Shown piece after piece: positions 29,156-39,018 of a DNA stretch of 64,000 nucleotides (positions are counted from its first letter, which is position 1; every line of letters begins with the position of its first letter). A model generated the notes under the pieces. That model made no database searches. It had not been told where the DNA came from and was given only the letters and a program-made list of their open reading frames with translations. Origin of the DNA: Thermoplasmatales archaeon. Its GTDB lineage: Archaea; Thermoplasmatota; Thermoplasmata; Thermoplasmatales; GCA-001856825. The position numbers and the translations under genes are program-made. The stretch is taken from the NCBI GenBank assembly GCA_027345195.1, contig DAHWIJ010000040.1:7830-71829 (forward strand). The letters run 5' to 3'.

Positions 29156-29662
29156 CTACTTCCTCAGGATCTTCTTCCTAGTCGATAAACGGCTCTTTGG
29201 TTTAGGGTGGTAAATTCTTGACAGTATTTTTCCGAGATCAAGGATGGGACCTGCCAGATAGAGGCTGTTCTTTCTTAGTCCCCTAAGCGGAGTCTGGAAT
29301 CCTATGAATTTCTCAAATTCCTCGATTTCCTTCCTCCGTCTACCGAAGAATATTATAGCGAGACCCAAGATTCCGGCTATGAGGAACCCCTTCCCTTCCG
29401 GTTGAGTTTCGACGAATAGGACGAACCCCCTGAAGGCCAGGATGAAGAATATTGCAGCAACCGCGCTCATCACAATCCCGACAAGCAGGTTAACCCTCCT
29501 CTTGTGGACGCCCCATGCAAGGAGACCTATGATGAAGGCCCCGATGATAAGTGAGACCGGGACAATCCAGGGGAGAAAGACAGTGAACCCTATAATCATT
29601 GCAAAGAACAGGACGTATCCAATTATAGACAACCATAGCGGCACGGGAAATGTGACTCTCAT
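29156..29662 (-). CDS. Hypothetical membrane protein (about 4 TM, basic C-tail)
   Basis: Four hydrophobic segments, with a TATA-like TATATA about 25 nt upstream of the ATG. Confidence 0.65.
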   Translation of the reverse strand: MRVTFPVPLWLSIIGYVLFFAMIIGFTVFLPWIVPVSLIIGAFIIGLLAWGVHKRRVNLLVGIVMSAVAAIFFILAFRGFVLFVETQPEGKGFLIAGILGLAIIFFGRRRKEIEEFEKFIGFQTPLRGLRKNSLYLAGPILDLGKILSRIYHPKPKSRLSTRKKILRK

Positions 29663-29844
29663 CCGATATGCTACGATTCAATTCACATATATATCACTTT
29701 TAAGGACAATGAACTTTCCGTTGGTTGGATTCTCTGCAGATTCCTCCCCATCTGATTGAGGTATAGCTCCAGTCCCCTCTTTTTCCTAGATTTCTGTATG
29801 CCACCTCAACCTCTCCCGGAATATTCCAGAGGATTTGACGGGAA

Positions 29845-30261
29845 TCAGTCGATTTTAAGTTCCCTTAGGCCTGAGTTCTGATTCAATTCCCTCTTTAGAA
29901 CTATCTCTTCGAGCCTTAGGATGTGTAGCTCCATCAGAGGATCGGCTACCCCCGAAAAAAAGTGCCCTCCCTTGACATTATGATCGCTAAGGGCTACTGA
30001 TGTATGGATGTGCAGTCTCGGCTCGTTTGAAGAAATGCTACCGTGGAAAGATACAACCTCCCCAGGCATATCCAGCTTCGCTCGCTCGTATTCCTTCCCA
30101 TTCCAGTACCCTACCTCCAGGTCCCTAATCATTCCTATCCCATACACAATCAGGCCAGAATAAATACCATAATCTTCAAGAACCTGAGTGATCGATTCTC
30201 CAACATCCTCTCCTTTTTCTATCTTCACAACAATGTAATTTTTTTCTATGTCAGAGATCAT
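29845..30261 (-). CDS. PPC/DUF296-domain protein
   Basis: EKGEDV, GIG, EVVSFHG, HIH, GGH motifs. Confidence 0.88.
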   Translation of the reverse strand: MISDIEKNYIVVKIEKGEDVGESITQVLEDYGIYSGLIVYGIGMIRDLEVGYWNGKEYERAKLDMPGEVVSFHGSISSNEPRLHIHTSVALSDHNVKGGHFFSGVADPLMELHILRLEEIVLKRELNQNSGLRELKID

Positions 30262-30640
30262 GACTCTTTAACCTGAACACGTATATATAGGGTTTCCCGT
30301 TACTCGTGGAGTTGTATCCACACACTGCGCATCTGTAACCTATGACCTTCCTCTTTCCTTCAAGATTTATCCCCTTGATCGCAGTAAGTTTGGAGCTGCA
30401 AACAGGGCACCTCTTCAGCTGTCCAAATTTCTTCTTTGAATACCTCACCTCAACTTCAATCTCTGGGATTTCGAAGATGAGCCTGCGGAACCTCCTGGGA
30501 GACGCACCTATATTCCTTTTCTTGAGAGATTGCAGAAAATTTATTTCGCCAACTATCTCCCCGTTCTTCCTCAGAATGTCCAGGACATTAAATATAAGTT
30601 CGGCGTCGCTGGGTCTCTTTACCACTAAATATGCACCCAT
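30251..30640 (-). CDS. Hypothetical basic zinc-ribbon protein
   Basis: CPVC...CAVCGY Zn ribbon. Co-oriented between valS and DUF296. Confidence 0.7.
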   Translation of the reverse strand: MGAYLVVKRPSDAELIFNVLDILRKNGEIVGEINFLQSLKKRNIGASPRRFRRLIFEIPEIEVEVRYSKKKFGQLKRCPVCSSKLTAIKGINLEGKRKVIGYRCAVCGYNSTSNGKPYIYVFRLKSHDL

Positions 30641-30659
30641 TTATCGAATAAATCGTTTT

Positions 30660-33212
30660 TCATTTCGAAACCGATACGCAAAAATGATTTCCGCAGTTCA
30701 CGTTCTTCCCCTGGATGTGGTACGATTTCGTCAGGATTATGTCCTTGGACCTAATGGTTACCCCCTCGAATTCAATCGTTCCCGCATCCAGCATTTTCGG
30801 GTCTTCTGTCAAATTCTTCAGAAAGTTACCTGCTTTCTCCCGCAGGACTGAATAGAGCTCGGGGGTGAGCTTCGCAGAAAGAACCTTCTCCTCGACCTCT
30901 CCCCTCTTGTAAGAAATCTGTTTGGCCTTGATTGTGCCGATTATGTCCCCCTCATCTACATCTATTTTAGAATCTGAGAATATCGATGCCTCCGCTATCT
31001 CTCCGGAGAGAGGTATCTTTTCCTTTACCTTCAGGTCCCTCATCATTGCTATTGCCCTGACTGTTGTTTCCCCAGTAACAGCCTTCTCTTCGTTAAAGGG
31101 AACCTTGTCAGGGAACTCTAGCTCGAAAATGCTCTTCTTCCCTTCAGTTGCCCTGAACGCCCTCTGAAAGGAATCTTCAGCTATGAAGGGGAAGATTGGA
31201 GCGACCATTACCAGGGAAGATAGTATGACCCTGTAAACGGTATTGAATGTGCCGATACCATCTATCCTGTGCTTAACGATTTCCACGTAGTTATCAGCAA
31301 CGTCATGCCACACAAATGATTCTATTATCCTAGCTGCACGATCAAACTCGAACTTATCCATGGCTTCTTTGACCTGTTCAAGCGTTATGTTCATCTGGCG
31401 CAGAATCCAATGATCTGCCGGCCTCAGATCATCACTCTTGCTCTGCTTACCGTTGTAGAAATCCACGAAGTTGACCAGGTTGTAAATCTTGTTGACGAAA
31501 CGCTGACCTCGGACCAGGTCCCTCTCCCTGAAAGCGGTATCCTCTCCAAGGGAACAGGAGGCGGTGAAATACCTGAATGCATCGGCTCCGTACTTCTCAA
31601 GCAAGACATTGGGGTCTACCACATTACCCCAGGAAGCGTGCATTGGCCTTCCGTCAGGCGCCATTATGTTTCCATCTACCATTATGCTCTTCCATGGATT
31701 CTTTCCAGTTAGGAGGTTCCCCCTCAGTAAGCTGTAGTAGGCCCACGTCCTTATTATGTCCTGCCCCTGTGGTCTGAGGGACATTGGATACAATTTCGAA
31801 AATAGGTCTCCGTCACGAACATAGAATGTGTTGAAAAGGGGAGAGATGGAAGAATCCATCCAGGTATCAAATACCTCTTCAGAGCCCTTAAGAGGGAGCT
31901 GACAGACCGGACACTTCCCCGTAGGAGGCGGATCAATGAGTGGGTCAACATAGCACTGCTCTTCCTCTGCTACAACCACGTGTCCATTTTCGCATTCCCA
32001 TACAGGGATTGGGGTTGCAAAGTATCTCTGCCTCGAGATGACCCAGTCCCATGACAGCGAATCGATCCAGTCTTCCAATCTCTTCTTCATAAACTGGGGG
32101 TACCATTCCAGCTCGTTGGTCCATCTCTTCAAGTCTTCCTTGAAATCAATGGACCTGATGAACCACTGCTCCTTCTGCAGAAATTCAAGGGGTGCACCGC
32201 ATCTCCAGCATGTTCCCACATTCTGCTTTATGTTCTTGGCCGATACAAGATTCCCAGATGCTTCCAGGTCTTCAACAATCCTCTTCTTCGCATCCTGTAC
32301 CGACAGATTCGCATAGCGACCAGCATTCTCCGTCAGCCTTCCGCGTTCGTCTATGCTCTTGAGGAAGGGGAGGGAATGCCTGTAGATCATCCTGAGATCT
32401 GTCTTATCTCCCACGGAACAGACCATTTCAGCGCCTGTTCCAAAATCCTTGATGACCTCCTCGTCCGTTATTACGGGAACCTCCTTTTCGAAGATGGGAA
32501 TCTTAACTTTCCTCCCTCCGAAGGAAGAATAGCGTTCGTCCGTTGGATTAACTGCAACTGCTAAGCATGCAAATAATAGTTCAGGCCTTGTGGTCGAGAT
32601 GACCAGTTCAAATCCCTCTCCCCGAAACCTTACGTCGTACAGGAAGACTTCTCTCTCCTCATATACGATCTCAGACTCGGCGATTGCCGTTTCACATCTT
32701 GGGCACCAGTTTACCGGATGCTTCCCTCTGTAGGCCAATCCGTTCCTGTACATCCTTATGAAAGATATCTGGGTGTATTTCCTGTACATCTCAGAGTCAG
32801 TTTTGAAATAGAGCGAAGGGTCTGCTGTTATCCCAAGGGACTTGAACTGGGCAATCATAGCCTGGATATTGGATTCTGCAAAATCCTCACAGAGCTTCAC
32901 AAACTTCTGCCTGTCATATTCCCTCATCCTAATGCCATACTTCTTCTCGACATTCACCTCGATGGGCATTCCGTTGACGTCGAAACAGAGCGGGAAAAAT
33001 ACCTCCTCCCCCTTTAGCTTGTGATATTTGGCCACCATGTCTATGTGGGAATAGTGGAAAGCATGACCAATGTGCATTTTCCCAGACGCGTAACGGGGAG
33101 GTGTATCTATGCTGTATGTGGGTTTCGAGGAATGAAAATCGTACTGGAATATCCTTTCATCATTCCAGAATGAACTCCACTTCCTCTCACTTTCCTTAAA
33201 GTCGTACGGCAT
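30660..33212 (-). CDS. valS: Valine--tRNA ligase (archaeal type)
   Basis: IDTPP, HIGH, TTRPE, WDWVISRQR, DTWMDSS, QGQDIIRTW. KMSKS is replaced by PMHAS. Confidence 0.95.
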   Translation of the reverse strand: MPYDFKESERKWSSFWNDERIFQYDFHSSKPTYSIDTPPRYASGKMHIGHAFHYSHIDMVAKYHKLKGEEVFFPLCFDVNGMPIEVNVEKKYGIRMREYDRQKFVKLCEDFAESNIQAMIAQFKSLGITADPSLYFKTDSEMYRKYTQISFIRMYRNGLAYRGKHPVNWCPRCETAIAESEIVYEEREVFLYDVRFRGEGFELVISTTRPELLFACLAVAVNPTDERYSSFGGRKVKIPIFEKEVPVITDEEVIKDFGTGAEMVCSVGDKTDLRMIYRHSLPFLKSIDERGRLTENAGRYANLSVQDAKKRIVEDLEASGNLVSAKNIKQNVGTCWRCGAPLEFLQKEQWFIRSIDFKEDLKRWTNELEWYPQFMKKRLEDWIDSLSWDWVISRQRYFATPIPVWECENGHVVVAEEEQCYVDPLIDPPPTGKCPVCQLPLKGSEEVFDTWMDSSISPLFNTFYVRDGDLFSKLYPMSLRPQGQDIIRTWAYYSLLRGNLLTGKNPWKSIMVDGNIMAPDGRPMHASWGNVVDPNVLLEKYGADAFRYFTASCSLGEDTAFRERDLVRGQRFVNKIYNLVNFVDFYNGKQSKSDDLRPADHWILRQMNITLEQVKEAMDKFEFDRAARIIESFVWHDVADNYVEIVKHRIDGIGTFNTVYRVILSSLVMVAPIFPFIAEDSFQRAFRATEGKKSIFELEFPDKVPFNEEKAVTGETTVRAIAMMRDLKVKEKIPLSGEIAEASIFSDSKIDVDEGDIIGTIKAKQISYKRGEVEEKVLSAKLTPELYSVLREKAGNFLKNLTEDPKMLDAGTIEFEGVTIRSKDIILTKSYHIQGKNVNCGNHFCVSVSK

Positions 33213-33249
33213 TTGTTGCGGATAGCGCCAGATTAAAAAAAGATTCTCG

Positions 33250-33663
33250 TTATTTTTTTCTACCCAGGGCCCTGAACACCTTTGCGAGTGATTCGACAGC
33301 CCGTACAGAGTACTCCTCTATTCTGGCCACTGCCTGATCATGTTCAGCACCCGGCCCTATGATCCCCAGTGTAACCGGTTTATCGTATTCCGTGGATAGA
33401 TCCACTATTTTCCTGATGGACTGACTTATAACAAGCTCATCGTGCTTCGTCTCCCCCTTTATTACCGCACCAAGCAGAGCGACTCCTTCGATTTCCCTCT
33501 TCTTGAGGAGGGTCTTGACTGCAAGGGGCATGTCAAAAACACCAGGAACTCGGACGGCTTCGTGCTCGAACCCAAGAAGCTCAGCCTGCTCCTCAGCCTT
33601 CCTTTGCATGAGGGACGTTATGTCATAGTTGAAATCTGAGACAACAAGTCCTATTTTTGTCAT
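33250..33663 (-). CDS. ribH: 6,7-dimethyl-8-ribityllumazine synthase
   Basis: [30 protein letters not shown]. Confidence 0.95.
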   Translation of the reverse strand: MTKIGLVVSDFNYDITSLMQRKAEEQAELLGFEHEAVRVPGVFDMPLAVKTLLKKREIEGVALLGAVIKGETKHDELVISQSIRKIVDLSTEYDKPVTLGIIGPGAEHDQAVARIEEYSVRAVESLAKVFRALGRKK

Positions 33664-33664
33664 T

Positions 33665-34144
33665 CTAATCCTCACTTAGAATCTTTCCTGCGTTATTATA
33701 ACCTTGCCTGAGTCCCCTTCCGGCCATGGGGGAAAGTGCTTCGCCTCCGTCCCTGACAAGTTTCACCAGATTGACTGCATGCTTGACTGCCCTGTCCTTC
33801 GCCAGTGCGGGGAGCTGTGATTCCTCAACTTCGTCCTCATGTACCGTCACATCCATTATGTGCCTTTTCGCAATGAGTTGGGCCTGTATCAGGCCGATGC
33901 TGGCCGCAAGGTAACTGTACTTGTCAAGCTTCGTCTTGCCAACCCAGCCAAGTGTTATGACCCCCTCGCACCCCCTTTCGAACAGTTTTGTCGCTCCGAC
34001 AGGGAGGTCCTTTATCCCCGGCACCGTGTAGCGAAGTATCTCGCCGTCCGGGTCCTCCCTCCTTATCGTTTCGAAGGCGTATTTCCCCATATCAATCCTT
34101 GAGAAAGTCGTGTCGACAATGCCGTACTTCGTCATATCCGTCAC
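33665..34144 (-). CDS. ribC: Archaeal riboflavin synthase
   Basis: [36 protein letters not shown]. Confidence 0.95.
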   Translation of the reverse strand: MTDMTKYGIVDTTFSRIDMGKYAFETIRREDPDGEILRYTVPGIKDLPVGATKLFERGCEGVITLGWVGKTKLDKYSYLAASIGLIQAQLIAKRHIMDVTVHEDEVEESQLPALAKDRAVKHAVNLVKLVRDGGEALSPMAGRGLRQGYNNAGKILSED

Positions 34145-34800
34145 GCCCTTAAGATGTCCTTCCCTTCAAGAAAAATCAGGTTATTCTCGGAAGCATACCT
34201 TTCCGCGGCATCCTTCTTCATGCTTTTTCCTTCGCCAAGCATTTCGGCAATCACCATGCTTCTAGGCAGGCCAATCAGTTCGGCCAGGCGCGAGACAAGT
34301 TCGGTATGCCCCCTTCTCTGTTCCAACCCTCTGGATGCCAGAATAGGGACGTGCCCCGGCGCGTAGAAATTCCTGTGAAAATACTCTTCCTTGTTGATTA
34401 CATGGTCCGTCAGAAGATTGTGGAGTTCCCTGATCGTACTTGCCCTGTCAGAGTCTGAGATTCCCGTCGATACAGAAACATGGTTTACCCACATCGTGAA
34501 GGAGGGATAATCGCCGTAAGAGGGCCTCTTTATGAGGCCATTGTAAACGGGATGGGTTTTCCATTCGTCCGTGAGGAATCTGAGTCCAATATCCCTTGCC
34601 TCTTCCGAGCCTGTGACATAGCATATGAGCCCGCCCGCATCCTTCCTGAGACGATTTATTGAGCTCCACGTTATGGCCCCTGCGTAGAAGACCATGTCGG
34701 CCTCCTCTTCCCTTTTATCAAAATCATAGACTATTACGGGGACTCCATTCAATAAATCCCCTCTTATACCTGAAAGCAATTCTGGAGTTAGGTCAGCCAT
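34141..34800 (-). CDS. ribB: 3,4-dihydroxy-2-butanone-4-phosphate synthase
   Basis: YDFDKREEEAD, RKDAGGLIC, TGISDSDRA, PGHV, RRGHTE, AEM. Confidence 0.93.
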   Translation of the reverse strand: MADLTPELLSGIRGDLLNGVPVIVYDFDKREEEADMVFYAGAITWSSINRLRKDAGGLICYVTGSEEARDIGLRFLTDEWKTHPVYNGLIKRPSYGDYPSFTMWVNHVSVSTGISDSDRASTIRELHNLLTDHVINKEEYFHRNFYAPGHVPILASRGLEQRRGHTELVSRLAELIGLPRSMVIAEMLGEGKSMKKDAAERYASENNLIFLEGKDILRA

Positions 34801-34859
34801 ATTGCTATGAGTTAAGGACGGTATTTTAACATTTCTAATTTTTTGGATTTACCAAAAAA

Positions 34860-35819
34860 TTAGTAAATGAGCACCAAAAAAATGATTAAGGAGAGAAGGT
34901 AAACAATAAAGACATGGACAGCTTCCCTGAATCGATACATCACAATCCCAATTGCTACCGACAGGATTGATGTGAGGGAGACAGCTATTATCCCGTCCCT
35001 CGTCACGATCCATTGGCTTGCCAAGATCCCCAAAGCGGGGAAGAGTGTCACAAAGAAAACCTCCTCCCCTGCAATAGCTCCGATAGAGAGGTTTGTCTTG
35101 TTTCTGGATGCCCATATTATAGCATTCATTGTTTCAGGCACGATAGTGCCAATTGGTACGAGGAGGATGGTGACCAACTCCTGATTCACTCCTGTGATGA
35201 TTGAGACTGAGTCAATGCCTCTGACAAGGGCTGCAGAACCTGCAAACAGGAGTGCCAATCCGGAAAGTATAGCTGCAACGAGGATGATCCTATTGCCTAT
35301 CCTGAGCTCCTCTGCCATTTCCCCCTCGTTCCTTTCACCTCTGACGAATCTCAAGAAGAGGAAGTAGAGTGACACAAGTACTGCAGCAATAAACACCCTC
35401 AGGAGGAGGGAGCGGAAGAAAGATGGGATGAGCATTATCGGAAACACTGCCCCCAAGAAGATGAGAGTGAGTGGGAGAGCTGGGTCCAGTTGGTCGTTCC
35501 TTCCTTTTCTTCCAGCAATGAACAACGCCAGCGCAACAGCAGGGAAACCAAGAGCGGAGACCATGAACGGTTCTCCTATGATAGTTCCAGCTGCTATCTC
35601 AGCTCCCGATTCCTTGCCCACCAAAACTAGAGCGAAAATTATGACCACCAGTTCAGGCAACGCTGTGAATAGTGGACTGATGACTGCTCCCGTGAACCTA
35701 TCGCTGAACCTCCCCCTCTTCCCAAGATCCTCAATGGTTATCGTCAGAAGAAACGAAGATGCTATAAGCATCGCTATCCCGGCAGCGATTAGAGAGGTGG
35801 ACAGGAGCAGGGGTGACAC
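34860..35819 (-). CDS. Sodium/calcium exchanger (CaCA family) membrane protein
   Basis: Two alpha-repeats (TALPE...GTIIG and GTIVPE...GAIAG), about 10 TM segments. Confidence 0.8.
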   Translation of the reverse strand: MSPLLLSTSLIAAGIAMLIASSFLLTITIEDLGKRGRFSDRFTGAVISPLFTALPELVVIIFALVLVGKESGAEIAAGTIIGEPFMVSALGFPAVALALFIAGRKGRNDQLDPALPLTLIFLGAVFPIMLIPSFFRSLLLRVFIAAVLVSLYFLFLRFVRGERNEGEMAEELRIGNRIILVAAILSGLALLFAGSAALVRGIDSVSIITGVNQELVTILLVPIGTIVPETMNAIIWASRNKTNLSIGAIAGEEVFFVTLFPALGILASQWIVTRDGIIAVSLTSILSVAIGIVMYRFREAVHVFIVYLLSLIIFLVLIY

Positions 35820-35938
35820 CTCTCCCCAATGATTTCCGCATTAATAATATAGCCCTTCTGATGGGTTTACAAGCAGCGTTGCTTGGGTCTGTGAATGCTT
35901 CCGGAAGAATTTATATGACTCTCCAATCTCCTCCAACA

Positions 35939-36673
35939 ATGAAGGCCATAATAACCGCAGCAGGGCTGGGCAGGAGATCCGGACTGAATGGGATCATGAG
36001 GAAGGAGCTCCTGAACATATACGTCTCCAGGGACGGAACTATCCAGCTGAGACCGATCCTTGATGAACTTATCTTCAGGCTGATGAGGATGGGGATCAGA
36101 GAAGTGGCTGTTGTTCTAGATCCCGGCGACAGTATATCCAGGGATTATGTAGGGAGGGCATACCCGGACGTTAAGATTTTCTTCCAGAAGGAGAGGAAGG
36201 GGTTTGGGGATGCGGTGGCGGCCGCCAGGGACTTCGTTAGGGATGAAGGATTCCTTCTTGCTGCAGGGGATGGGTTACTAATGAATATCGAGAGTTACCG
36301 GAATGTTCTCATTCAGGCCGAGGCAAGGAAGAGATGGACTCTGTTCATCATGAGAGTTCAAGACCCAAGGAGATATGGCGTTGCAGTTGTCAAGAGGGGA
36401 GAGGTTGAAAGCGTGGTGGAAAAGCCAGACACCCCACGATCAAATTTTGCGATGTGTGCATTGTACTACCTCCCGCCTCGCATCTTCAACTTCATAACCT
36501 ACAAGGATGGCAATGCTGAACTGACTGACGCGATAGACTCCTGCATCAGGTCAGGAATTAAATTCAGAGCAATCAAAGTCCCAAAGAAATCATGGATAAG
36601 TGTTGGTTTGGCCGATGATTATATCCGAATTTTGGGAATTACGTACAAGTATGCTGCAAGCTCCATGCGGTGA
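35939..36673 (+). CDS. Sugar-1-phosphate nucleotidyltransferase (GalU/RmlA-like)
   Basis: MKAIITAAGLGRR, QKERKGFGDAV, DPRRYGV, VEKP, ELTDAI. ATG 35939 preferred. Confidence 0.88.
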   Translation: MKAIITAAGLGRRSGLNGIMRKELLNIYVSRDGTIQLRPILDELIFRLMRMGIREVAVVLDPGDSISRDYVGRAYPDVKIFFQKERKGFGDAVAAARDFVRDEGFLLAAGDGLLMNIESYRNVLIQAEARKRWTLFIMRVQDPRRYGVAVVKRGEVESVVEKPDTPRSNFAMCALYYLPPRIFNFITYKDGNAELTDAIDSCIRSGIKFRAIKVPKKSWISVGLADDYIRILGITYKYAASSMR

Positions 36674-36677
36674 TGAT

Positions 36678-37850
36678 TCAGGAAACTCCTGGGCTCCCTC
36701 TCCACAGAGTCTTGGGCATGACCACTTTCCTCAGCAGCAAGCACTTTTCCTTATGTTCCATAAGGTCAGAAATCATATTCCTGATGTCCCCTCGCAAGTC
36801 CCCAGATGGTTTGTAGCCCAGCTCTCGTAGCTTGGCGTGGTCAGGGTTGTAATAGTGATCCTCCGATTCAACCCGGGGGTTCCTCACATGTTCTATCTTT
36901 GCCTCATTTCCTGTCAGTTCGCCGTAGACATCCCTTACGGTTTCGGCAAGAAAGTTCACCGAGTAGTACTGGTCGAATTGGTTGAGGACCCTGTATTCTC
37001 CGTCTCCAGGTGGCTTCTCAAGTGCTATGTTCAGGCAGTTTATGCTGTCCTCCAGGGAAAGGAATCCCCTCTTCTGATTCCCCTTTCCATAAGGCGTTAT
37101 CGGAAGACCCGCAACAGCCTGGGCAACGAACCTGTTCAATGCCGTTCCCCAAACTTCGTCTATGTCGAACCTCGTGAAAAGACGGGAATCTTTTATTTCG
37201 GCTGTGGAAGTTCCGTAGACTACTCCCTGCATTACGTCCGTTATCCTGAGATTCCACAGCCTGTTCGCGAACATAAGGTTGTTTGAATCATGCACTTTTG
37301 TCCAGTGGTACCACGAACCAGCATTTCTCGGGAACGGCAACGTGTCCCTTCTTCCCCTGAATTCGACCTCGAAGAACCCCTCTGCGATGTCTATGTTTGG
37401 TGTTCCGTACTCACCCATCGTTCCAAGCTTGATGATGTGCACATCTGGATTTATGTCCTTTGCTGCATAGATGAGGTTCATGGTGCTCACTATGTTGTTC
37501 ACCATAGTCTCGTTTGCCTGCTTCAAGCCGATCATGGAGTATGGGGCAGACCTCTGTTCGGCAAGATGATATACGGCATCAGGTTTCACCTTCCTGAATA
37601 AGTCATACATGAACTTTGGGTTCGTTACATTCCCCCTGTAGAAAACTAGGCTCTTTCCATAATGAGCTCTGAAATCCAGAAGTCTCCTTGAAATCGGGGG
37701 GATTGGAAGGACAGAATCAGAGCCTACTTCCCTGACTCTCTTCCTGGTGAAGAAGTTATCAGCCCCATAAACCTCATGCCCCTTCTTGACAAGTTTCTGA
37801 GCTAGGGCCCACCCTATGTAGCCATCCACTCCCAGAACAAGGACTTTCAT
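36678..37850 (-). CDS. agl3: UDP-sulfoquinovose synthase (SqdB/Agl3)
   Basis: GVDGYIGW, HLAEQRSAPYS, KLGTMGEYGTPNIDI, SWYHWTKVHDS, QGVVYG, NPRVE. Confidence 0.93.
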   Translation of the reverse strand: MKVLVLGVDGYIGWALAQKLVKKGHEVYGADNFFTRKRVREVGSDSVLPIPPISRRLLDFRAHYGKSLVFYRGNVTNPKFMYDLFRKVKPDAVYHLAEQRSAPYSMIGLKQANETMVNNIVSTMNLIYAAKDINPDVHIIKLGTMGEYGTPNIDIAEGFFEVEFRGRRDTLPFPRNAGSWYHWTKVHDSNNLMFANRLWNLRITDVMQGVVYGTSTAEIKDSRLFTRFDIDEVWGTALNRFVAQAVAGLPITPYGKGNQKRGFLSLEDSINCLNIALEKPPGDGEYRVLNQFDQYYSVNFLAETVRDVYGELTGNEAKIEHVRNPRVESEDHYYNPDHAKLRELGYKPSGDLRGDIRNMISDLMEHKEKCLLLRKVVMPKTLWRGSPGVS

Positions 37851-37962
37851 ATCTCAGGGAGGTGGATGAACGATTTTAACTTTGACTTCATCCTTCATTT
37901 TTCCGTTCCTTCTCCGCAACCTGCATCATGGTTATTAAGAAATTTTTATTTACTCTTAGACA

Positions 37963-38955
37963 ATGAAAAGAATCTCAGTCACCTGCCCTTATCGGATAAG
38001 TTTTACCGGAGGAGGGACGGATATTCCCCCTTTCCCGGAGATGTACGGGGGAAGAGTGATAAATGCAACCATAGACAGGGGGATTAGACTTGAGTACGTG
38101 GATGATGGACAGCCCCTGGAAATATCCTCGAGGGATCTCCTGAAGAGCTGGAGCTTCTCGAAGAAGGTGCACAACAGTTTCATGGAAGGCATTGCGACAC
38201 TCCTGAAGGCCCGGGGGGTGGTCAGTGGCAGAATAAGCATATCCGGAGATGTCCCTCCTGGAACCGGGTTGGGTACATCAAGCTCACTTGTTCTCGGTCT
38301 CATACAGATCGAGAAAGTCCTGAACGGAAAGGAATTGATGAGGGAGGAACTTGCGAAGGAGGCTTACGATGTTGAAAGGAATTTCTTTGGAGCCACCCTG
38401 GGGTGGCAGGATCCCTTTGCGATCGCCTTTGGTGGGTTCAAGTATTTTGAGTTCTCAGGGAGCAATTTCACCATGGAAGCTTTCGATTACCGTTCTTATA
38501 TCGTACAGCAGATTGAGAAGTCGACCCTGATGGTTTACACTGGCTCGTCCCACAACAGCTCCGACGAGCTGCAGGGAGAGGTAAGCAAATTGAAGGAAGG
38601 TTCTACCGTCATAATTAAGCGGTTGTTGGACATAAAAAGAAATACGGAAGAGGCGAGGAAGGCGATTAAGGAGAGTGATTTCCATAAATTTGCAACGCTG
38701 GTCGATGACGGCTGGCGCTTGAAGAAGGCCCTGTCGGATAAGATAAGCAATCCTAATGTTGACAGACTCATAAAGGAGGCAAAGGATAGCGGCGCACTTG
38801 CTGCCCGCTTGATGGGAGGAGGATCCGAGGGCTTTGTTCTCATCCTAGCAGATCCAGATAACCTATGGAGCGTCCAGAAGGTTATGATGGAACATTCTGA
38901 CTTTGTTACCAGGGTTTCGTTTGATTTAGCGGGACCGAAAGTCCTATCTCATTGA
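37963..38955 (+). CDS. GHMP-family sugar kinase (HddA/Agl4-like)
   Basis: PYRISFTGGGTD, PPGTGLGTSS, GWQD, RLMGGGSEGF. Confidence 0.88.
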   Translation: MKRISVTCPYRISFTGGGTDIPPFPEMYGGRVINATIDRGIRLEYVDDGQPLEISSRDLLKSWSFSKKVHNSFMEGIATLLKARGVVSGRISISGDVPPGTGLGTSSSLVLGLIQIEKVLNGKELMREELAKEAYDVERNFFGATLGWQDPFAIAFGGFKYFEFSGSNFTMEAFDYRSYIVQQIEKSTLMVYTGSSHNSSDELQGEVSKLKEGSTVIIKRLLDIKRNTEEARKAIKESDFHKFATLVDDGWRLKKALSDKISNPNVDRLIKEAKDSGALAARLMGGGSEGFVLILADPDNLWSVQKVMMEHSDFVTRVSFDLAGPKVLSH

Positions 38956-39018
38956 AGTCCACCACTAGCTTTCTCTGCGCTAAAATCGGGGCGCAGATCA
39001 TTCTATCAGAATCCATAG

